Below, piece after piece: positions 58,897 through 64,000 of a DNA stretch of 64,000 bases. The DNA is taken from the NCBI GenBank assembly GCA_951828385.1, contig OX639973.1, positions 1,728,470-1,792,469 on the forward strand, read 5' to 3'. The translations under genes were made by a program, and so were the position numbers. Positions within the stretch are counted from its first letter, which is position 1, and every line of letters starts with the position of its first letter. A model generated the notes under the pieces. It made no database searches and was not told the DNA's origin. It was given only the letters and a program-made list of their open reading frames with translations. Origin of the DNA: an uncultured Poribacteria bacterium. GTDB taxonomy: Bacteria; Poribacteria; WGA-4E; WGA-3G.

Positions 58897-59226
58897 ATGA
58901 TCTATGAACTACGCACATATCAGGTTGTGCCGGGGAAAATGAAAAACCTGAATGACCGGTTTGCAAATATCACCGTTCCGCTGTTTGAGAAGCACGGTAT
59001 GAAGGTTATCGGGTTTTGGGAAACAGCAATTGGTGAAGCAACGACGACAGAACTTATCTACATGCTTGCGTTTGAAGATTTGGGGCACTATCAACGGGCA
59101 TGGGATGCATTCATCGCCGATCCAGAGTGGCAAGCGGCGAAACGACTCACCGAAGTCGGGGGTCCGCTGGTGAACGTGGCGAGTTCCAAGATTATCGAAC
59201 CGACAGATTATTCACCGCTGCAATAA
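58897..59226 (+). CDS. NIPSNAP family protein
   Basis: AGGAG RBS; MIYELRTY..PG, W.AF.ADPEW, PTDYSPL. Confidence 0.92.
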   Translation: MIYELRTYQVVPGKMKNLNDRFANITVPLFEKHGMKVIGFWETAIGEATTTELIYMLAFEDLGHYQRAWDAFIADPEWQAAKRLTEVGGPLVNVASSKIIEPTDYSPLQ

Positions 59227-59237
59227 GACATTTTGCC

Positions 59238-59262
59238 GGTCGGGATTACAAATCCCGCCTAC
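59238..59262 (-). repeat. GTAG-type hairpin between convergent genes
   Basis: Reverse complement GTAGGCGGGATTTGTAATCCCGACC. Confidence 0.55.
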
Positions 59263-59292
59263 ATGGCTGACGGTTTCCGATGGTTTCCATTT

Positions 59293-62200
59293 TTATCGTA
59301 AAATGGCGAGTTTTCCCACCTGCTCTATTTTTCCATTTTCGGTGTCCGCAATGACGCGATAGAAGTATACGCCGTTGGCACAGCGCACGCCCGCTTCATC
59401 TCTGCAATCCCAACCGGTTTCGTTGGTCCCACGGTTCGCACTCACATCGTCAAGCGTTTTGAGGAGCCTGCCGTTAACACTATAAATTTTGATTGTAACC
59501 GCGTCGGGTGCCTGGGCAAGGTGATAGGTGAAAAAAGTCTTCCCGCCAAATGTCCGATCCACAGGATTCGGGACATTGAACACTTCACTGAGTGTGACTT
59601 TTTCATTTAAGGTAAAGGTCGTAACAAACTCCGCTATGTTCTCACTGGTGTCTGCCGCAGTAATCTGGAGTTGATAGTCCCCATTAGCGAGGTCCGGTGA
59701 GTATGTAATCTCGGCGTCCGCGGGAGTCGCCGGATCAAAGGTTTGCGTGTAATTGCTCGCATCTAAGGGTTCAAGTGCCTCATACAGACTTCCAAAATTG
59801 AATCGAAAAGTGGTTGCGTCAAGTGCACTATCATCAGTGAGGATAATCTTGAAGCGGGGTTGTTCTGTGAGCATTGCGCCATCTGTCAAAGGTTCATCAA
59901 GCTCTTCGTTTGCGCGCGCACCGACTTGGATATCAATAGTCGGTGGTGCGATATCAGGGGCTTCAATGACAAAAAACCTGTAACTGATCATACCCTCATC
60001 GCCGCCAATAGTGTTCCTGTTGAAATCTTGCGCGCGAATGTTGAAAGTATACTCGCCGGGGAAGAGTATCGGTCGATAATCAATCGGGACGGTTTGAAGT
60101 CCGCCTTGTGTGCGGAGTTCGTAGTCGGTAACAGTTTCAAAGGGGCCACCATCTTTTTGCTGCTCAAGCGCAAAGAACTCTGTATCAATACCGTTGGCAT
60201 CTTGCAGCAGCATAGAGATAGCAGGGCGCGGTGCAATGACACTACCGGTCTGCGGTTGAAGACCATCTACCCAGAAGTTAAAAGTCGGGGGTTCAGTATC
60301 GGTGCTACGCATGAGAGCAAACCGTGTGAGTTCAGTGACTTCCGTTGTGATAGTGGCAACGCGCGCCGTACTGAATTTAATCTTATCGCCAAACCCATAT
60401 TCTTCGGAACTTGCATTAACAAGCACTTCAAACCCGAGATGGCTAAGAAAAATCGGTTCGTTGATCTTCCCGCGTATTTTGACACCATTGGGATGATAGG
60501 AAGGTTCGTTAGAGGTATCACGGAGTTCATAGTAATTCGGATCGGTAAAGAAAATAAACCAATCGCCTGTCTCAAACTCCGCCTTGGGACCAAGTCTACT
60601 CACTACCGTTGCATTGCCGTTACCGAGATTAGCATTCCATGTGCGCGTAAGAACGACATCACCTTGTGGGTCATAGTCGGTTTCAAAAGCGAGTATATCG
60701 GCAAATTCAAAGGCGTAATTGACATCACGAGATGGATTCTCTTGCCGTGGAATCCGTAATTCTAAACCGAAGGCTTCCTCCCTGAACGGATTGTCAAGTT
60801 GCCCAGTTTTATCAAGTTTTTGACTTTGGGTTTCCCTCTTCGGCTTGAGAAATACCTCGTATTCATTTCCATCGAGAAAAATGATAATCCAAGTGCCTGC
60901 TGGCGTGAGGTTTGGGTTGATGCTGATAGCATCAGTTTCTAATTTCTGTTGGCTCGCATTTTCCATCTGTACGGGTGTAACATAATTTTCGAGCAGAAAG
61001 TCGCCTTCAGGGGTGTAGTTAATTTTCGATGGCAACCGTCGCCATGCTGATAAGTTAACATTCGCCTCATAGGGGCTGGGTACCCCGGTTTCTCCTACGT
61101 CTTGTGAACCTCGCGCAACATTTGCCTGCCACGCATAAATTGCTAACTGGTTCGTGATCTTATCGAACTCATGTTCAAATAGGGGATTGTCAGGTTGAAT
61201 ACTTTTTTCCGCTCGCACGATGTCTTCCAAAGCACTCACATCAAAACGGAGCTTGATCTCGGCAGGTTTCGCGAGCACTGACGCGCCCGTGCGAAATGCG
61301 GCCTCGTAGGATTGCGCAACCGCCCTACCTTGCCGAATGAGACCGCGCCGGAGCGCAGCGACACGCGGAATCGGGGCAAAGTGGAGGTCAGGTTGTGTCG
61401 GATCCATCGGTGATTGTGATGTAACGGCGAGGGGGATCCCCACCGTATTCTGTGTTTTGGTTTCAAGCGCGTCTGGAGGGAAATGAATGTCAAACACCCG
61501 ATCTAAACTAAAGGCTGGTAACGCTTCCTGTCTATAGATAAAATCGTTGACGATAAAAGAGAAGTGCTGCTTGTTGTCATGGTCACGCGCTTCATCAAGA
61601 TTCCCACGAATTTTGTCTTCAATACTCGGGTCGTCTGGATCGACAAGCACAAAAACTGTGTGGACACCTGTCTCAAGCGGGATTTTGAGGTCTAAAATAG
61701 CCGTTGCGCGTTGCCAGACGTACGTCCCGGCCACCCAATCCGTGGCTTTCACGACTACAGTCCCCAGAATGTCCGCGTCTTCGTCAACGACATAATCCCC
61801 ATCAGCGTCAGGGTTCCCTTCAGCGAACACGACCTCAATATCCACCAGCACTGGACGAAGCCCATTATTGACTAATTCTGCTACGAGTTGGTAAGCGTTT
61901 TTCTTCTCATCAAAAGCATATCGGATCGGTGCCCTATCTGCCTCGTCAGTACCAAGTGCAAGGTTGGGTCCCTCACGGACCCAAACGACGTTGCGTTCAT
62001 CTTTCGACGGAATAATGACTTCGTGTCCAGTACTATCGGTAATGTGAATTTGATAACGTATCTGCCGTCCCTTTCGTGGAAGCGGGATAGGTGTCTGAAG
62101 CTCATACCATTGTCCACCCTGTGGCACATCACCGAGCGGTGTGCGTGCACGGACCATAGGCGTTACCATGTCTTTAAAGTCGGCAGTATTATCCCATAAA

Positions 62201-63999
62201 ACGGTTATACTTCGTATGCCGCCCGGGCCTTTATCATCAAGGACGAGAGCACCGATACTCAGGGTATCCGTGACCTTAGTATCAAGCGTTTCACGGATGT
62301 CCTGCACGACAGGCGTATCTACCCAGAATCGGGTGCCGCCCACAGCAGCATAGGTGTCGTCATAAGCAAAAATACGGGCGATACCACCCCCGGGTAAGGC
62401 GTTGTTTGGAACATCAATCCGAACAGTTCCGTACTCTCCCCGCCAGACGTTGCCACCGACGCGCTGTCTAATATCATTGCGAAGATTATCATCAAAATTA
62501 TTTGCAAAAACCGCGAAAGCAGAAAATGTGTCTGTGCTAAAATCGGATGCACGCGTGAAACTGACACCGCCTGTACCCTCGATGCCCGAATTTCGGATCA
62601 CCCCTATCTCATTCGCCTTAATCACAATTTTATGTGTGTCATTGAGTGCGATGCGTTCCAATTCCACTTTTATATCAAGTTGAGGACGCGCAAGACGAGA
62701 TGCCGGATCACCAAAAAGCGTATATTGTTCGGCACCGGGGATCCAATCTGTGTTCCGAATCCGGTTGAGAAAACTAATTTTGGCATCGGCAACAATATAT
62801 CCTATCGTTGGCTGTGAAGGGATACTTTTAGTCCCAGCCAATTCAGGAGATTCGTGAACAACACGAAACAGTGCCTCAAAGAGGTCTATGTCAAATTCAG
62901 TATTTGCTTGTCCGTAGGTGAGCCGTGTCGCCGAGAGTGCCGCAATAGCCCCGTATTTTCCCAACAGAAACTGTTCACTGAGGCAGAAATTTCCAGCTTG
63001 CTGTGGCTTATCAAACTGTCCATTGAGACAGGTCGTTGTGATAACAAAGGGGAGGTATCGGTTCCGCAAACCGGCGGCATCCTCAATACGGAAAATAGAC
63101 TCATCCGCCCAGGTCTGGCTGCCACCGTGCCCAGCGTATTCAATTGCGAGCGCGCCTGTATTGATAGCATCGAGAATTTTTAAACGTGTGTTGTTAGGGC
63201 TCCCAATTTTTCGGAGATAGATTTGGCGAGTGTCATATCCGGGCGGGATAACCTCCTGTACCAGTTTGTCGCGTGACTCTTCAAAGATACCATCGTTGGG
63301 TTTGTCTGTATGGTCGTCTGCTACCTGAATTAATGTACCCTGCCACGCCCCGATCTTCGGATTTTTTTCATAGTCAATAATCTTTTCTACCATGGTTGTG
63401 AGGGCTTCAGGGGTTTGCACCGAGAGCCTACCAATAAGCATATCCGGCAACGGATCCTCGCCACTGATGTTGACAAAACGCTGGTCCATAGAAGTTTCAC
63501 CGCTCGCAGGTGCCCATCCATGGTACGTCGGTACGAAGTTCGGATACAGCTTATAGGTGCTGCCAAACGTCGTATCTTTGTTGTAGATTTCAACAGTGGC
63601 GCCCTTGTAATCGTAGTGTGCATCCCCAACAAGGAGCACGTATGTAGGTGCCGGTTGCTGATAGTTGTTATAAGCATACCGTAGGAATTTCTGGATCGCA
63701 AAAGGGTTGAAGAGGCCATCGCTAAATTCATTGTAGATGTCGTCAATATCAACAACCATCGTTGTTAAACCTTGCGAACGCCGGAATTCGACGAGCGGAA
63801 GAATAGTCTCAGCAAAAGTCGAGTGTGTAATAACGACATAGTCTACTTGATTAGCAGGGTTCCTTAACGGTGTCGGTGGTGTCGGAACGAGCGCGTTGAT
63901 ATTTTTATAGCTCCTACGACTGATTACAAAATAACGTCTATGCCGGTTGACAGTATCCTGAAATAAAATCTGATGACTCGCACCCGTTCGAGAAACTTC
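59293..63999 (-). CDS. Partial (5'-truncated) C25 gingipain/PorU-like cysteine peptidase with Ig-like and FlgD-Ig C-terminal domains
   Basis: Frame open to the window end; YVLLVGD, IGRL, YAGHG and TTCLNG (His/Cys dyad), LFGDP; C-terminal VPNP...NGVYFY. Confidence 0.88.
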   Translation of the reverse strand, partial: EVSRTGASHQILFQDTVNRHRRYFVISRRSYKNINALVPTPPTPLRNPANQVDYVVITHSTFAETILPLVEFRRSQGLTTMVVDIDDIYNEFSDGLFNPFAIQKFLRYAYNNYQQPAPTYVLLVGDAHYDYKGATVEIYNKDTTFGSTYKLYPNFVPTYHGWAPASGETSMDQRFVNISGEDPLPDMLIGRLSVQTPEALTTMVEKIIDYEKNPKIGAWQGTLIQVADDHTDKPNDGIFEESRDKLVQEVIPPGYDTRQIYLRKIGSPNNTRLKILDAINTGALAIEYAGHGGSQTWADESIFRIEDAAGLRNRYLPFVITTTCLNGQFDKPQQAGNFCLSEQFLLGKYGAIAALSATRLTYGQANTEFDIDLFEALFRVVHESPELAGTKSIPSQPTIGYIVADAKISFLNRIRNTDWIPGAEQYTLFGDPASRLARPQLDIKVELERIALNDTHKIVIKANEIGVIRNSGIEGTGGVSFTRASDFSTDTFSAFAVFANNFDDNLRNDIRQRVGGNVWRGEYGTVRIDVPNNALPGGGIARIFAYDDTYAAVGGTRFWVDTPVVQDIRETLDTKVTDTLSIGALVLDDKGPGGIRSITVLWDNTADFKDMVTPMVRARTPLGDVPQGGQWYELQTPIPLPRKGRQIRYQIHITDSTGHEVIIPSKDERNVVWVREGPNLALGTDEADRAPIRYAFDEKKNAYQLVAELVNNGLRPVLVDIEVVFAEGNPDADGDYVVDEDADILGTVVVKATDWVAGTYVWQRATAILDLKIPLETGVHTVFVLVDPDDPSIEDKIRGNLDEARDHDNKQHFSFIVNDFIYRQEALPAFSLDRVFDIHFPPDALETKTQNTVGIPLAVTSQSPMDPTQPDLHFAPIPRVAALRRGLIRQGRAVAQSYEAAFRTGASVLAKPAEIKLRFDVSALEDIVRAEKSIQPDNPLFEHEFDKITNQLAIYAWQANVARGSQDVGETGVPSPYEANVNLSAWRRLPSKINYTPEGDFLLENYVTPVQMENASQQKLETDAISINPNLTPAGTWIIIFLDGNEYEVFLKPKRETQSQKLDKTGQLDNPFREEAFGLELRIPRQENPSRDVNYAFEFADILAFETDYDPQGDVVLTRTWNANLGNGNATVVSRLGPKAEFETGDWFIFFTDPNYYELRDTSNEPSYHPNGVKIRGKINEPIFLSHLGFEVLVNASSEEYGFGDKIKFSTARVATITTEVTELTRFALMRSTDTEPPTFNFWVDGLQPQTGSVIAPRPAISMLLQDANGIDTEFFALEQQKDGGPFETVTDYELRTQGGLQTVPIDYRPILFPGEYTFNIRAQDFNRNTIGGDEGMISYRFFVIEAPDIAPPTIDIQVGARANEELDEPLTDGAMLTEQPRFKIILTDDSALDATTFRFNFGSLYEALEPLDASNYTQTFDPATPADAEITYSPDLANGDYQLQITAADTSENIAEFVTTFTLNEKVTLSEVFNVPNPVDRTFGGKTFFTYHLAQAPDAVTIKIYSVNGRLLKTLDDVSANRGTNETGWDCRDEAGVRCANGVYFYRVIADTENGKIEQVGKLAILR

Positions 64000-64000
64000 C

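Noticed and set aside
59860..60759. 299-aa plus-strand ORF
   Set aside because: Antisense to the C25 gene with no recognisable motifs

Overview
A bacterial chromosomal window, most likely Candidatus Poribacteria. This assignment is an inference from the gene repertoire: PhyH dioxygenase paralogs, a sulfatase, a DUF1549/DUF1553 and DUF1501 pair, LamG proteins ending in GKLxTxWxxxK, and YWTD, TPR and ankyrin repeat proteins. Both window ends cut through genes. Metabolic and secreted-protein genes alternate with an accessory region at about 29.6-49.3 kb, plus a small AT-rich gene pair at about 53 kb. The accessory region holds a type II RM pair, a SAMHD1-like HD dNTPase operon, a PLD-SNF2 helicase with an N6-methyltransferase and TIR-TPR gene, and decaying toxin-antitoxin loci. 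The intergenic DNA is rich in small mobile repeats. A REP-associated tyrosine transposase (RAYT) is flanked by GTAG-REP hairpins. The same REP occurs inside a TATAG...ACTATA MITE and in one place forms a 16-unit tandem array. At 4004-4492 there is an ORF-less IscB/IsrB-type IS200/IS605 element that appears to retain a HEARO/omega-RNA. No CRISPR array, tRNA or rRNA was seen. All calls come from reading motifs by eye; no searches were run.
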